Shown: piece after piece, positions 35,889 through 46,422 of the stretch | Position numbering within the stretch: the stretch's first letter is position 1 | Layout: each line of letters begins with the position of its first letter | Source: Candidatus Woesearchaeota archaeon | GTDB lineage: Archaea > Nanobdellota > Nanobdellia > Woesearchaeales > DSVV01 | Assembly (NCBI GenBank): GCA_038884615.1 | Contig: JAWABL010000003.1 | Location: 9,038-73,037 of the forward strand | Direction of reading: 5' to 3' | DNA length: 64,000 nucleotides | The notes under the pieces: generated by a model | Seen by the model: only the letters and a program-made list of their open reading frames with translations | Databases searched by the model: none | Told to the model about the DNA's origin: nothing | Translations under genes and position numbers: made by a program

Positions 35889-37763
35889 ATGCTTAAGCCT
35901 GAACGAATGGCTAAGGTGCGGATTGTCTGCACCAAAGAGCACCTGAGAAGGATTGTAAAAGAACTGCACAATATGAAAGTTTTGCATATTGTAGAGCATA
36001 GAAAAGATGATGCTCTTGATATTGGAACACCTCTAGAAGAGGCACAGCGTCTTTCAGAAATAATTATAAAGATTCGCAGCATAATAAGCTACTTAGACTT
36101 AGCAAATTTCAAGCCAAGTGAAGAAGACTATGAGGAATTTGTCGCCAAAAAAGGAACCTGCGATTTGAAGAGTATAGGCAATGCCGCAAAAGAGGTTCAT
36201 GAGCAGATAGTAGAGAGACTTAACAGAGAAAAGGAGTTAAACGCGGAAATTCAAAGGCTTACAAGGTTAGCAGAAGATATGGAGATGCTCTCGGCTTTAA
36301 ATCTTGAACCGACAACATTTAGGGACTCCAAGGTTATATCCTCTTTTTTCGGCACAATTGGAAGCTTAGTTGGTTTTGAAAAAGAAATAAAACAAAATAT
36401 AAAAAAGTTCTCGCTACATACTGCAGAGGTTAAAGGCAAGCAGGCAGTTGCTCTTTTTGTTAAAAACGAAGACAAACAAAAGGCACTACAGTTTCTTGGA
36501 AGCAGAAACTTCACAGAGATAAAGATAGATGCAACACTTAAAGGTTCTCCTGAAGAGCTTGCAAAAAAATTTCAAAAAAATATTGTAACAATTGAAGCTG
36601 AGAGAAAGGAAATCCTAAAAGAGATTAATAGTCTCCGAAGCGAATGGGCTAATTTTTTCGTGGTAAACGAAAAAAGGCTAAGCAAAGAGATTGAAAAAGC
36701 AGAAGCGCCATTGAAATTTGCAGAGTCAAGAAAAACAGCAATAATAACAGGATGGATTCCGGAGGAATCATATCAGGAAGTATTTGAAAAACTTAACGAG
36801 GTTACACAGACAAAGGTGTTCATAGAGTGCCTTAATTCGGATGGCGAACATGAGGTACCTATAAAGCTTAAACATAGCCAACCTGTAAAGAGCTTTGAAT
36901 GGTTTATGGACTTATACAGCCTGCCAAATTACGCTGAGATAGATCCGACACTATTTATGTTTGTAACATTTCCGATTTTTTTTGGTTTTATGCTCGGCGA
37001 TATTGGATATGGGCTTGTAACGCTAGCACTTTTTATTTTCCTTAGGAGTAAGATTCCTGAGGGAAGATTCCTATTAAATGCAATGATTTTAAGCTCGCTA
37101 TTTACAATTGCATTTGGCCTTGCTTATGGAGAGTTTTTCGGACTTGAAGAGATAGGCCATTTTGAACTGCCCCATCTTTTAAGCAGGACACATGAAATAA
37201 ACACTCTTCTTATTATAGCTGTTAGCATAGGCGCGTTTCATGTAACTTTTGGCCTTGTAATGGGGTTCATAAATGAGTTGCATCATGGCTTCAAGCGTGC
37301 ACTTCTAGAGAAGGGTTCGTGGCTAATTATGGAGGCTGGCATTGCTGTTCTTGCATTAAGCCTTGCAAAGATATTGCCGCTGCACTGGGCTACTGGAGCA
37401 ATTATTGCGGGACTTGGCGCAGTGATGCTGTTCTTTGGCGAGGGTATTAAAGGGGTCATTGAGCTTCCAACACTTTTTAGCCATATGCTTTCATACGCCA
37501 GGCTCATGGCTGTAGGGCTTGCATCTGTATTTCTCGCTGTCGTTGTAAACGAGTATAGTCTTGAATTCATCCATCAAGGAGGCGCAATGATTGTTGTAGG
37601 AATACTTATTATGATAATAGGGCACATCATTAATATAGCATTGGGCATAATAGGTCCTTTTTTGCACTCATTAAGGCTGCACTATGTGGAATTTTTTACT
37701 AAGTTCTACAAAGGCGGCGGAAAAAAATACGCGCCGTTTGGCGCACAAAATCAGGAGGTATGA
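35889..37763 (+). CDS. atpI: A/V-type ATP synthase subunit I (a)
   Basis: YSLPNYAEIDPT, FFGFMLGDIGYG, LSYARLMA, HSLRLHYVEFFTKFY. Confidence 0.97.
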   Translation: MLKPERMAKVRIVCTKEHLRRIVKELHNMKVLHIVEHRKDDALDIGTPLEEAQRLSEIIIKIRSIISYLDLANFKPSEEDYEEFVAKKGTCDLKSIGNAAKEVHEQIVERLNREKELNAEIQRLTRLAEDMEMLSALNLEPTTFRDSKVISSFFGTIGSLVGFEKEIKQNIKKFSLHTAEVKGKQAVALFVKNEDKQKALQFLGSRNFTEIKIDATLKGSPEELAKKFQKNIVTIEAERKEILKEINSLRSEWANFFVVNEKRLSKEIEKAEAPLKFAESRKTAIITGWIPEESYQEVFEKLNEVTQTKVFIECLNSDGEHEVPIKLKHSQPVKSFEWFMDLYSLPNYAEIDPTLFMFVTFPIFFGFMLGDIGYGLVTLALFIFLRSKIPEGRFLLNAMILSSLFTIAFGLAYGEFFGLEEIGHFELPHLLSRTHEINTLLIIAVSIGAFHVTFGLVMGFINELHHGFKRALLEKGSWLIMEAGIAVLALSLAKILPLHWATGAIIAGLGAVMLFFGEGIKGVIELPTLFSHMLSYARLMAVGLASVFLAVVVNEYSLEFIHQGGAMIVVGILIMIIGHIINIALGIIGPFLHSLRLHYVEFFTKFYKGGGKKYAPFGAQNQEV

Positions 37764-37765
37764 AA

Positions 37766-37996
37766 ATGGCAGATATTGGAACTGGCTTGATTGCTGTAGG
37801 AGCTGGCCTTGCGGTCGGTTTAAGCGCGATTGCGGCTGGAGTTGCAGAACAGCAGATAGGTGCTGCAGCAGTGGGCGCTACCGCTGAGGATGAAAAGATG
37901 TTTGGTAAGGGGCTTATATTCACAGTAATACCTGAAACGCTTGTCATCTTCGGACTGGTTATAGCTATAATGCTGATAGGACTTATAGGCAAGTAG
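37766..37996 (+). CDS. atpK: A/V-type ATP synthase subunit K (c, single hairpin)
   Basis: GAGLAVGL...AEQQIGAAAVGA...VIPETLVIFG. Confidence 0.96.
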   Translation: MADIGTGLIAVGAGLAVGLSAIAAGVAEQQIGAAAVGATAEDEKMFGKGLIFTVIPETLVIFGLVIAIMLIGLIGK

Positions 37997-38005
37997 GTGT
38001 AGCAA

Positions 38006-38551
38006 ATGACGCTAAACGGCGTTAAAGAAGAGATAATTAGCAGTGCGAAAGCAAAGGCAAAACAGATCATTGAAGCTGCAAAAAAAGAAGCCCATGAGAT
38101 AGAGCGTAAGGCAGAGGAAGACTTTGAGAAAAGAGAAAGTGCATTTAGGGAAGAGACAAAAAACCTCATATCTGCATTAAGGATGAGGGAAAGGTCCTCT
38201 GCGAACCTTGAGGCAAAGAAACTGGTTTTCGAAGCTAAAAAAAAGCAGATTGACGATGTGTTTACTCTTGCAAAAAAAGAGATATCAAAGCTTTCTTCAA
38301 AGGAGCGCGAAAAAATTATGAAATCATTCATCAAGAAAGCGAAAGAAGAGATGGATATTGCAAGAGTATACTGCAATAAACAGGACATGAAATATATTGA
38401 AGGTGTTGAGGTAAAAAGCGCAGAAATCTCAGGTGGGCTCATAGCCGAGAACAAAGATGGCTCAATTAGGATAGATTATAGCCTAGACACACTGCTAAAC
38501 GAGGCTCGCGAAAAGGAGCTTCAGGCTGTTGTTGGTGTACTTTTCAAATAG
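38006..38551 (+). CDS. atpE: A/V-type ATP synthase subunit E
   Basis: N-terminal coiled coil; ISGGLIAENKDGSIRIDYS. Confidence 0.93.
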   Translation: MTLNGVKEEIISSAKAKAKQIIEAAKKEAHEIERKAEEDFEKRESAFREETKNLISALRMRERSSANLEAKKLVFEAKKKQIDDVFTLAKKEISKLSSKEREKIMKSFIKKAKEEMDIARVYCNKQDMKYIEGVEVKSAEISGGLIAENKDGSIRIDYSLDTLLNEAREKELQAVVGVLFK

Positions 38552-38602
38552 ATTGGGCTAAGAGTAGAGTTTGTAGAAAGATAATATAGAAGGACGAGGA
38601 TA

Positions 38603-39655
38603 ATGAAACTAAACACAAAAATTAAACTTAGGTCAAAAGGATATCCGTACACTTATGCGCGGATAAGCGTGATGCGAAGAAATCTTCTTCCAAGAAATGA
38701 GTACCATAAGCTCATGAAAATGAAAGTTGAGAGCATCGCCCGCTATCTTGAAGAGTCAAGCTACAAGTCTGCGATAGACAAGGAGGGTCTGCGCTATAGG
38801 GGGGCTGATCTTATTGAACACTCCCTAAATGTTGACCTTGTGAACACTTTCATAAAGTTGCGCCGGATAAGCCCTCCTGAGGTGCGCATACTCATAGATA
38901 CCTATGCTGGAAGATGGGACATGTATAATATAAAAACAGTCATAAGAGGTATATATAGCAAAGCAGATAAGAACTATATTAAGTCACTTCTTATACCGGC
39001 TGGCTTGCTTGACGAGATGGTTCTTGATGAGCTCCTAAAAAAAGAAAGTGTAGAGAACATTATAAGAAGTACAAGGATATTAAAGCTTGAAAAAGTCAAG
39101 GACGCCCTCCGAACACTGTCTGAAACAAGGAAGCTTGTTGAGATAGAAAACAAGCTTGACCAGATATATTACGAGAATTGCCTTCTTGTAGCAAAGCGGC
39201 TTGGTCATGAGGGGAAACTTTTTAGAAAATTTCTTATGATGGAGATAGACATTATAAATATAAGAAACATATTAAGAATGAAGAGAGAGAAATTTGACAA
39301 AAAGGAGTGCATGAGTTACATTATTTTCTCAGGAGAGAAACTTAAGAAAGGTATGCTTGAAAAGCTTGCAGCGCTTGAAAGCGTTGAGTCAGTGGTTGAA
39401 GAGCTAAAAAAAACAAACTACGGAGAACTGCTCAAAAACACACAATCCTCGCTCATAGATGCTGAGCTTGAACTGGACAGATATCTTATAAAACGTTCAT
39501 TCCTATATACACATCAGTATCCAATGAGCGTTATGTCTATTCTTGCATTCATGCTAGGAAAGATTATGGAAGTGAAAAATTTAAAGACCATTGCCAAAGC
39601 AAAACAGCTTGGAATTGAAGAAAGCATTATAGAAGAAAAACTGGTGGTAGTCTGA
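38603..39655 (+). CDS. atpC: A/V-type ATP synthase subunit C
   Basis: YPYTYARISVM, WDMYNIKTVIR, EIDIINIRNILR, EVKNLKTIA. Confidence 0.93.
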   Translation: MKLNTKIKLRSKGYPYTYARISVMRRNLLPRNEYHKLMKMKVESIARYLEESSYKSAIDKEGLRYRGADLIEHSLNVDLVNTFIKLRRISPPEVRILIDTYAGRWDMYNIKTVIRGIYSKADKNYIKSLLIPAGLLDEMVLDELLKKESVENIIRSTRILKLEKVKDALRTLSETRKLVEIENKLDQIYYENCLLVAKRLGHEGKLFRKFLMMEIDIINIRNILRMKREKFDKKECMSYIIFSGEKLKKGMLEKLAALESVESVVEELKKTNYGELLKNTQSSLIDAELELDRYLIKRSFLYTHQYPMSVMSILAFMLGKIMEVKNLKTIAKAKQLGIEESIIEEKLVVV

Positions 39656-39960
39656 TGTCAGAGATTGTTGCACTAGGCTCAAACGAATTTGTAGTTGGGT
39701 TTCAGCTTGCAGGTGTTAGAGCTATGGAAACCGAGCCAAATAGAGTCAACGAATCCGCTGAAAAACTTATTGAAGACTCAACAGTAGGCATAGTTATACT
39801 CGGTCAAGAGACATATCAGTTATTAAGCCAAAACATGAAGGAGCGCGTACTTCAGTCCATTAAACCAGTATTTGTAGTTTTATCCGAACAGGAGTCCAGC
39901 GAAGAACTCAGAATGCTTATAAAAAAATCAATAGGTGTTGATTTATGGAATAAGGAGTGA
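39655..39960 (+). CDS. atpF: A/V-type ATP synthase subunit F
   Basis: [19 protein letters not shown]. Confidence 0.95.
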   Translation: MSEIVALGSNEFVVGFQLAGVRAMETEPNRVNESAEKLIEDSTVGIVILGQETYQLLSQNMKERVLQSIKPVFVVLSEQESSEELRMLIKKSIGVDLWNKE

Positions 39961-39964
39961 TATC

Positions 39965-41707
39965 ATGGAGAAGGTTACAAAAAAAGGCGTACTTTACAGG
40001 ATTGCAGGACCTGTTGTTGTCGCAAAAAACATCAGTGCACGGATGTACGATGTTGTAAGAGTTGGAAACGAACGGCTTATGGGTGAAGTAATTCAAATAA
40101 ATGAAGACGAAACAGTTATTCAAGTCTATGAGGACACATCTGGCTTAAAGCCAGGAGAACCTGTAGAAAACACCGGACTCCCTCTTTCAGTAGAGCTTGG
40201 ACCGGGTATGCTTACAAGTATATATGATGGGATACAACGACCGCTTCCTGCCCTAAAACAAAAGATGGGGGATTTCATAAGGAGAGGAGTTGATGCTCCA
40301 GGACTAAGCCATACGAAAAAGTGGGATTTTAAAGCAATAGCAAAAAAAGGAGAGGTTGTAACACCTGGAATGGTTATTGGAGAGGTTGAGGAAACAGAAG
40401 GTCTTATGCATAGGATTATGGTTCCGCATGGTGTTCAAGGTAAAATAAAGGAGATAAAAAGCGGAAAATTTACTGTGACAGAGACTATATGCATACTGGA
40501 AGATGGAAGTGAAATTAAGATGATGCAAAAGTGGCCAGTTAGGGTTCCAAGACCTGTAAAAAACAAGCTTGCACCTGAGATTCCGCTTATCACAGGACAA
40601 AGAATATTTGACATTCTCTTTCCGCTCGCAAAAGGTGGAGTTGCTGCAATCCCGGGTCCATTTGGTGCAGGAAAAACAGTTTCGCAGCAGCAGCTAGCGA
40701 AATGGGCTGATGCAGATATTATAGTTTATGTGGGCTGCGGTGAACGCGGAAACGAGATGACAGAAGTTCTTACAGAGTTTCCTCATCTAATAGACCCAAG
40801 GACAAAGAGGCCTTTGATGAACCGAACGGTGCTTATTGCAAACACCTCAAACATGCCAGTTGCAGCAAGAGAAGCAAGCATATATACCGGAGTAACAATC
40901 GCAGAGTATTACAGGGATATGGGGTATAATGTAGCGCTTATGGCAGATTCTACATCAAGATGGGCAGAAGCTATGAGAGAGATATCATCAAGACTTGAAG
41001 AAATGCCTGGCGAGGAAGGTTATCCTGCGTATCTTTCAACAAGGCTTGCAGAGTTTTACGAACGAAGCGGCAGAGTTATTCCTATGGGCGTTGAAAAGGA
41101 AGGCAGCGTGACTATAATAGGCGCAGTAAGCCCACCAGGAGGAGACTTTTCAGAGCCAGTCACACAGTCCACGCTAAGAGTTACAAAAACATTCTGGGCT
41201 CTTGACGCAAAGCTTGCGCAGAGAAGGCATTTTCCTTCAATAAACTGGCTTACTTCATACTCGCTTTATCTAAGCACACTAGAGCCATGGTTTGCGCAGA
41301 ACATCGCAGGAGACTGGAGAAACTGCGTTGACCAGATAATGACAATACTCCAAGAAGAAGAAAAGCTTATGGAGATTGTGCAGCTTGTAGGAAGTGACGC
41401 ACTGCCTGAGAAAGAGCAGCTGACGCTTGAGGTTGCAAGGCTTATCAGAGAGTTCGTACTTCAGCAGAACGCCTATCATGAAATTGACACTTACTGCGAC
41501 CTGAAAAAAAGCTATAAGCTTATGAAGACTGTTCTTTATTTCAATGAGATCGCAAACGGATCGCTTGCCGCAGGAACAGGAATAAAACGAATTCTTGCAA
41601 CAAAATCAAAAACAAAGATTGGAAATGCTAAATTCGAAAAAGACTATGAGAAGCTGCTTGATGGTGTCAAGAAAGAGATTGAGCAGGAATTCAAATCATT
41701 AGGGTGA
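39965..41707 (+). CDS. atpA: A/V-type ATP synthase subunit A
   Basis: P-loop [42 protein letters not shown]; no intein. Confidence 0.98.
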   Translation: MEKVTKKGVLYRIAGPVVVAKNISARMYDVVRVGNERLMGEVIQINEDETVIQVYEDTSGLKPGEPVENTGLPLSVELGPGMLTSIYDGIQRPLPALKQKMGDFIRRGVDAPGLSHTKKWDFKAIAKKGEVVTPGMVIGEVEETEGLMHRIMVPHGVQGKIKEIKSGKFTVTETICILEDGSEIKMMQKWPVRVPRPVKNKLAPEIPLITGQRIFDILFPLAKGGVAAIPGPFGAGKTVSQQQLAKWADADIIVYVGCGERGNEMTEVLTEFPHLIDPRTKRPLMNRTVLIANTSNMPVAAREASIYTGVTIAEYYRDMGYNVALMADSTSRWAEAMREISSRLEEMPGEEGYPAYLSTRLAEFYERSGRVIPMGVEKEGSVTIIGAVSPPGGDFSEPVTQSTLRVTKTFWALDAKLAQRRHFPSINWLTSYSLYLSTLEPWFAQNIAGDWRNCVDQIMTILQEEEKLMEIVQLVGSDALPEKEQLTLEVARLIREFVLQQNAYHEIDTYCDLKKSYKLMKTVLYFNEIANGSLAAGTGIKRILATKSKTKIGNAKFEKDYEKLLDGVKKEIEQEFKSLG

Positions 41708-41712
41708 TTGCG

Positions 41713-43077
41713 ATGAAAGAGTATAAAACCATTACACGAGTTGCGGGTCCGCTCATTTTTGTAGAAAAAACAGACCCCATTGGATATAATGACCTTGTCT
41801 CCATAAAACTTCCGGATGGAAGAATAAAACAAGGCCAGGTGCTTGATACATCAGAAAATATTGTTGTTGTTCAGGTTTTTGAAGGAACATCTGGCATTGA
41901 TAGGGAAACGAGGGTTAAGTTTCTTGGAGAAACCATAAAGCTTTCAGTGTCTAGGGACATGCTTGGAAGAATCCTTAATGGAGCTGGAAAACCTATTGAT
42001 GGAGGACCGGAGATAATACCGGAAAAAAGGATGGACATAACAGGAGCAGCAATAAATCCATATTCAAGAGCGAGTCCAGCTGATTTTATTCAGACGGGAA
42101 TAAGCACAATTGACGCCATGAACACGCTTGTACGTGGTCAAAAGCTTCCTATATTTTCAGGCTCTGGACTGCCGCATAACGAGATTGCGCTTCAGATAGC
42201 AAGACAGGCGAAGGTAAGAACTGAGGGTACAAGCTTCGCGATAATTTTTGCGGCGATGGGCATTACAAACGAAGAGGCCCAATATTTTATGAAGGACCTT
42301 GAAGAAACTGGCGCGCTTGAAAGAGCAGTAGTTTTTTTGAATCTTGCAGATGACCCTGCCGTTGAAAGGCTTATTACCCCAAGGATGGCGCTTACAGCAG
42401 CTGAGTATTTTGCTTACGAGCATGATATGCATGTGCTTGTCATATTGACAGACATGACCAACTATTGTGAAAGCCTAAGAGAGATTGGCGCTGCGCGTGA
42501 GGAGATTCCTGGAAGAAGGGGCTATCCAGGCTACATGTACACAGACCTAGCTAGCATATATGAAAGGGCAGGAATGATACATGGGAGAAAAGGTTCTATT
42601 ACACAGTTCCCTATACTAACGATGGTCGGAGACGACATAACACACCCAATTCCCGACCTAAGTGGGTATATAACGGAAGGACAGATTGTTCTTTCAAGAG
42701 AGCTACATAGAAAAAATGTTTATCCGCCTATTGATGTCCTGCCTTCTCTCTCAAGGCTAATGAATCTAGGCATTGGAAAGTCAAAAACAAGGGATGACCA
42801 TAAGCAAGTTAGTGATCAGCTTTATGCTTTCTATGCAGAGGGAAGAGATCTTCGCGGACTAGTTGCGATAGTTGGCGAAGAAAGCTTAAGCGAGCGCGAC
42901 AAGAGGCTGCTTAAGTTCGCGAAAGAGTTTGAGGATAAATTTGTTCGCCAGGGAAGGACTGAGGACAGATCAATTGAGACCACGCTTAAGATTGGCTGGG
43001 ACCTCCTAAAGATGATACCAAAAGAGGACCTCACAAGAATAAGCCCTGAGCTGAAAGAAAAGTATTATGGAAAATAA
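41713..43077 (+). CDS. atpB: A/V-type ATP synthase subunit B
   Basis: [40 protein letters not shown]. Confidence 0.98.
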   Translation: MKEYKTITRVAGPLIFVEKTDPIGYNDLVSIKLPDGRIKQGQVLDTSENIVVVQVFEGTSGIDRETRVKFLGETIKLSVSRDMLGRILNGAGKPIDGGPEIIPEKRMDITGAAINPYSRASPADFIQTGISTIDAMNTLVRGQKLPIFSGSGLPHNEIALQIARQAKVRTEGTSFAIIFAAMGITNEEAQYFMKDLEETGALERAVVFLNLADDPAVERLITPRMALTAAEYFAYEHDMHVLVILTDMTNYCESLREIGAAREEIPGRRGYPGYMYTDLASIYERAGMIHGRKGSITQFPILTMVGDDITHPIPDLSGYITEGQIVLSRELHRKNVYPPIDVLPSLSRLMNLGIGKSKTRDDHKQVSDQLYAFYAEGRDLRGLVAIVGEESLSERDKRLLKFAKEFEDKFVRQGRTEDRSIETTLKIGWDLLKMIPKEDLTRISPELKEKYYGK

Positions 43078-43142
43078 GAGGTAGAAAATAGATAGAGATA
43101 GAACGAGCACTAACAATGATAAGAACAATAAGGTGGGCAAAA

Positions 43143-44045
43143 ATGAAAAAAATAGAGATTGGTGATATTGAAGACCCTGACACTAGAAAATTTTTGAGGG
43201 ACTTAAGTGAGATTCAAGGAACTCCTGAGATTGATGTATATACATGCTCAGATGCAAGGATGAGCGCCGTTCGGCAGATTTTGAGCCAAATGGGGAATGT
43301 TAATATAATATCAACAGCTGGCAACATAGTTGAATCGCCAAATCCAAGGCTATCGATAATTATAGGCCACGGAATCTCGTCGCTTGATAAGGGTTGCGGC
43401 GCGGTTGACTACAAAAAAAGCCTTGAAAAAGAACTTGGCAGGGGGGCTACGCATGGAAATTCTGACGGATTTCCAGGACTCAAAAAAAATGTTTTACCTG
43501 GAATTAAAGACAATGCACATGCCCAGCTTGAGCGGGTTCCTGAAAAGTTCAGGGCTGGAGTATTTTATTTTGAGCAGGACACTGGAAGAATAAGAAGCGA
43601 GCCTTCAAATAGCAAGTATGCAATGTACAAGGAGGGCACGGCGCTTTTTGAAAGGGTTGAGCGCTCACTAAAGGGGTATTTTTCAAATGACGAACTTGAG
43701 GCTATGAAAAGGGGACAGGACCCAAAGATTATTATGGTTACCAATTTCAATGTTGCACAGACAGCCGAGCCTGTTTTCCGTGTGAACGTGCAAAGCGAAA
43801 TAACACAGGTGGTTATGGACTCTTTACATTACGCAGTAAGCCACGCACTTGGAGAAGGAAGTTTCAGAAGCAGCAGAAGTACAATCATTGCGTTAAAAGG
43901 TGGGTTGCCTGAAAGACTCGAAGAGTTTCTCTCAGGATCAAAAATACTCAAAGAGTATGTCCATGGAAACAACGGAAGAGAAAAGGGAAGTCTATACCTC
44001 GTTGAGCTAAGAGGTAATGAGAAGACTGTTTACAAGGCAGTTTAA
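43143..44045 (+). CDS. Beta-carbonic-anhydrase-like protein with a degenerate second CA-like domain
   Basis: TCSDAR (CxDxR), STAGN, GH-x8-CGAV; second half GQDPKI...VFRV...DSLHYAVSH lacks Zn ligands; SD AGGTGG before ATG 43143. Confidence 0.7.
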   Translation: MKKIEIGDIEDPDTRKFLRDLSEIQGTPEIDVYTCSDARMSAVRQILSQMGNVNIISTAGNIVESPNPRLSIIIGHGISSLDKGCGAVDYKKSLEKELGRGATHGNSDGFPGLKKNVLPGIKDNAHAQLERVPEKFRAGVFYFEQDTGRIRSEPSNSKYAMYKEGTALFERVERSLKGYFSNDELEAMKRGQDPKIIMVTNFNVAQTAEPVFRVNVQSEITQVVMDSLHYAVSHALGEGSFRSSRSTIIALKGGLPERLEEFLSGSKILKEYVHGNNGREKGSLYLVELRGNEKTVYKAV

Positions 44046-44076
44046 ACCATTTTAAACCGATTCGTGCAGATTAAAA

Positions 44077-44709
44077 ATGTCGCAAAATATAAAGCCAACA
44101 AGGAGTGAACTGATTAATCTCAAGAGAAAGATAAAGCTAGCACAAAGCGGATACAACCTTCTTAAGAAAAAGAGAGATGGACTTATAATGGAGTTCTTTG
44201 AAATTTTGAAAGAAACAAAGACATTAAGGCACGAGCTTGTTGAAGAGTATAGGAATGCGGTTTATAAGATGAACATTGCACGGGCTGCAGAGTCTGACTT
44301 GCATATAAAGTCAACTGCCCTTGCAATCGCACAAAAGCCTGAAATAATGGTGGAAACAAGAAATCTCATGGGAGTCGTTGTCCCGAAGATATCAAGAGAC
44401 TCAGATATAAAGAAGCAGTTTGCACATAGGGGGTATGGAATTATATCAGGAAGTTCAAGAATTGATGAGGCTGCGCACAGCTTTGAGATTGTAGTTGAGA
44501 AAGCAATCAAGGTGGCTGAAGCTGAGATTTCAATGAAAAAGCTACTGATAGAAATTGAGAAAACAAAAAGGCGCGTCAATGGGCTTGAATTCGAAATAAT
44601 TCCAAGGATGACAAGGCTAAAAAATTTCATCACCTTAAGGCTTGAAGAGATGGAGAGAGAGAATACATTCAGAATGAAGAGAATAAAAGGAAAAGAGGAC
44701 AGAGAATAA
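44077..44709 (+). CDS. atpD: A/V-type ATP synthase subunit D
   Basis: KPTRSEL, GYNLLKKKRDGL, EIEKTKRRVNGLE, LEEMERE. Confidence 0.97.
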   Translation: MSQNIKPTRSELINLKRKIKLAQSGYNLLKKKRDGLIMEFFEILKETKTLRHELVEEYRNAVYKMNIARAAESDLHIKSTALAIAQKPEIMVETRNLMGVVVPKISRDSDIKKQFAHRGYGIISGSSRIDEAAHSFEIVVEKAIKVAEAEISMKKLLIEIEKTKRRVNGLEFEIIPRMTRLKNFITLRLEEMERENTFRMKRIKGKEDRE

Positions 44710-44764
44710 TTCATCATTATAATGTTACTAAGATTTCCATAAAAAAAGAGTCAGAAGTTACCTT

Positions 44765-45613
44765 CTAAAGAACCATTGCTGCATACTCGCACATCGACAT
44801 AAGCTTTATTTTATGTAGATTAGCTTTAATAAACTCAACAACTGTATCCCAATACGCTTTTCCTCCATTATAGAACTTCTGAGAGTGCATTGAGATAATT
44901 ACTGCTTTTTTTATTTCAATCTCCTTTTTTAGCATTCTTTCAAGCTCGCTGTTTGAAATGCCAGCAAGATGCCAATTATAGTCCATACCAAGAAGTTTAC
45001 ATTTATTGTCTCTTATATATTGTGGAACGCCTATCACTTTTATTCCAAAATGCATCCTAAGAAAATCGCCTGCATGAGACGTATCGTACTGATAGCCGAG
45101 CTCTCGAAGCGCTTCATACATCGCGTCATTATAGCTTAAATACGGCGCACGGAATCCAACAGCCTTATATGGTCTGCCATTTTTAAAAAATAGTTTCTCA
45201 ATATGCCCATCAAACTCAGAAAGCTCATCAACCCACTGCTGCTTGCTCCAATTTTTTCCATTTTTTCCTCCATCATAATGCCTTACTGTATGCGAACCGA
45301 TCTCATGCCCCTCTTCTATTGCCTTGCTCATCAGCTCCAGTCTTTTAGATATGTCCTGCTTTGAAGAACATCCTAAAGTTGACCCACCTTTTATGGTTTC
45401 AAAAAGGCTCACAGTGTTTATAAAATAGGTAAACTTTGTTTGACATCCTGAGAGTTCAGACAACTCCCTTGAGAGGCGCAAGGACTCATTAATAGTATCA
45501 GTGTAACTAATTCCATCTATACATAAGATTAGCGGTTTTCTTTCTCCTAAAACAGCATCAATGCCTACACCAACAAGCCCTTTAATAAACTGCCTTCTGT
45601 TGATAGTATTCAT
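44765..45613 (-). CDS. Polysaccharide deacetylase (NodB/CE4-like) with a twin-arginine-like N-terminus
   Basis: NRRQFIKGL; LCIDG, GHEIGSHTVRH, GFRAPYL, YDTS. Confidence 0.85.
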   Translation of the reverse strand: MNTINRRQFIKGLVGVGIDAVLGERKPLILCIDGISYTDTINESLRLSRELSELSGCQTKFTYFINTVSLFETIKGGSTLGCSSKQDISKRLELMSKAIEEGHEIGSHTVRHYDGGKNGKNWSKQQWVDELSEFDGHIEKLFFKNGRPYKAVGFRAPYLSYNDAMYEALRELGYQYDTSHAGDFLRMHFGIKVIGVPQYIRDNKCKLLGMDYNWHLAGISNSELERMLKKEIEIKKAVIISMHSQKFYNGGKAYWDTVVEFIKANLHKIKLMSMCEYAAMVL

Positions 45614-45667
45614 TAGTGCTCACCTAAAGCATATTGCTAACTCTACATTTTGTAAGGAGGAACCAAA

Positions 45668-46282
45668 TTATTTTAGTATTTTTTTTATATCCTCAAATAT
45701 CAAGGCAATATGTCTTTCACCATCAATCCTTTGGTGTACGCCTCTTTTTTTATAGAAATCAATTACCGGAGCTGTCTCCTTATGGTATAATTCAAGCCTT
45801 TTTTTAACAGCATCAGGCTTATCATCGTCACGCACCTTAAGTTTTCCACCACACTTTAAGCATTTCTTAGCATTGTCTAAATAGCCGTAGATGGCACCGC
45901 AGTTTTCGCAGTTTTTCCTGCCTGAAATCCTTCTGACTGCCTCTTTGTCGCTTATATAAATCTCAAGTGCAAGGTCTATCCTCGCGACTTTTTCAAGCGC
46001 CTCTGCCTGATTTATTGTACGCGGATATCCATCAAGAACAAATCCCTTTTTGCAGTCTTTTTTTGCAATCCTGTCTGCAACTATAGCGTTTGTAACATCA
46101 TCCGGTACAAGCATTCCCTTAGCTATATAACTTTCCGCAATCTTTCCAAGCTCAGTTTTACTCTTGATATTTTCCCTAAAGATATCTCCTGTGGAGATAT
46201 GCGGCCAAGCAAATTCTTGAGAGATAAGCTTAGCCTGTGTTCCCTTGCCAGAGCCTTGGAGTCCAAGCATAACAACGTTCAT
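45668..46282 (-). CDS. adk: Adenylate kinase (bacterial-type with Zn-lid)
   Basis: GLQGSGKGTQ, HISTGDIFR, LDGYPRT, CxxC...CxxC lid, RDDD. Confidence 0.96.
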   Translation of the reverse strand: MNVVMLGLQGSGKGTQAKLISQEFAWPHISTGDIFRENIKSKTELGKIAESYIAKGMLVPDDVTNAIVADRIAKKDCKKGFVLDGYPRTINQAEALEKVARIDLALEIYISDKEAVRRISGRKNCENCGAIYGYLDNAKKCLKCGGKLKVRDDDKPDAVKKRLELYHKETAPVIDFYKKRGVHQRIDGERHIALIFEDIKKILK

Positions 46283-46422
46283 ATTTTTCAGAAGATAAAA
46301 CTAATATTTATACTTAACCGAATATTCATACTCACACTTACAATACATCAATGATAAGAAATTGGAAGCCTGAATAATATAATATATATAATTAAGAAGG
46401 AGAGTATAATTTTTTATATTAG

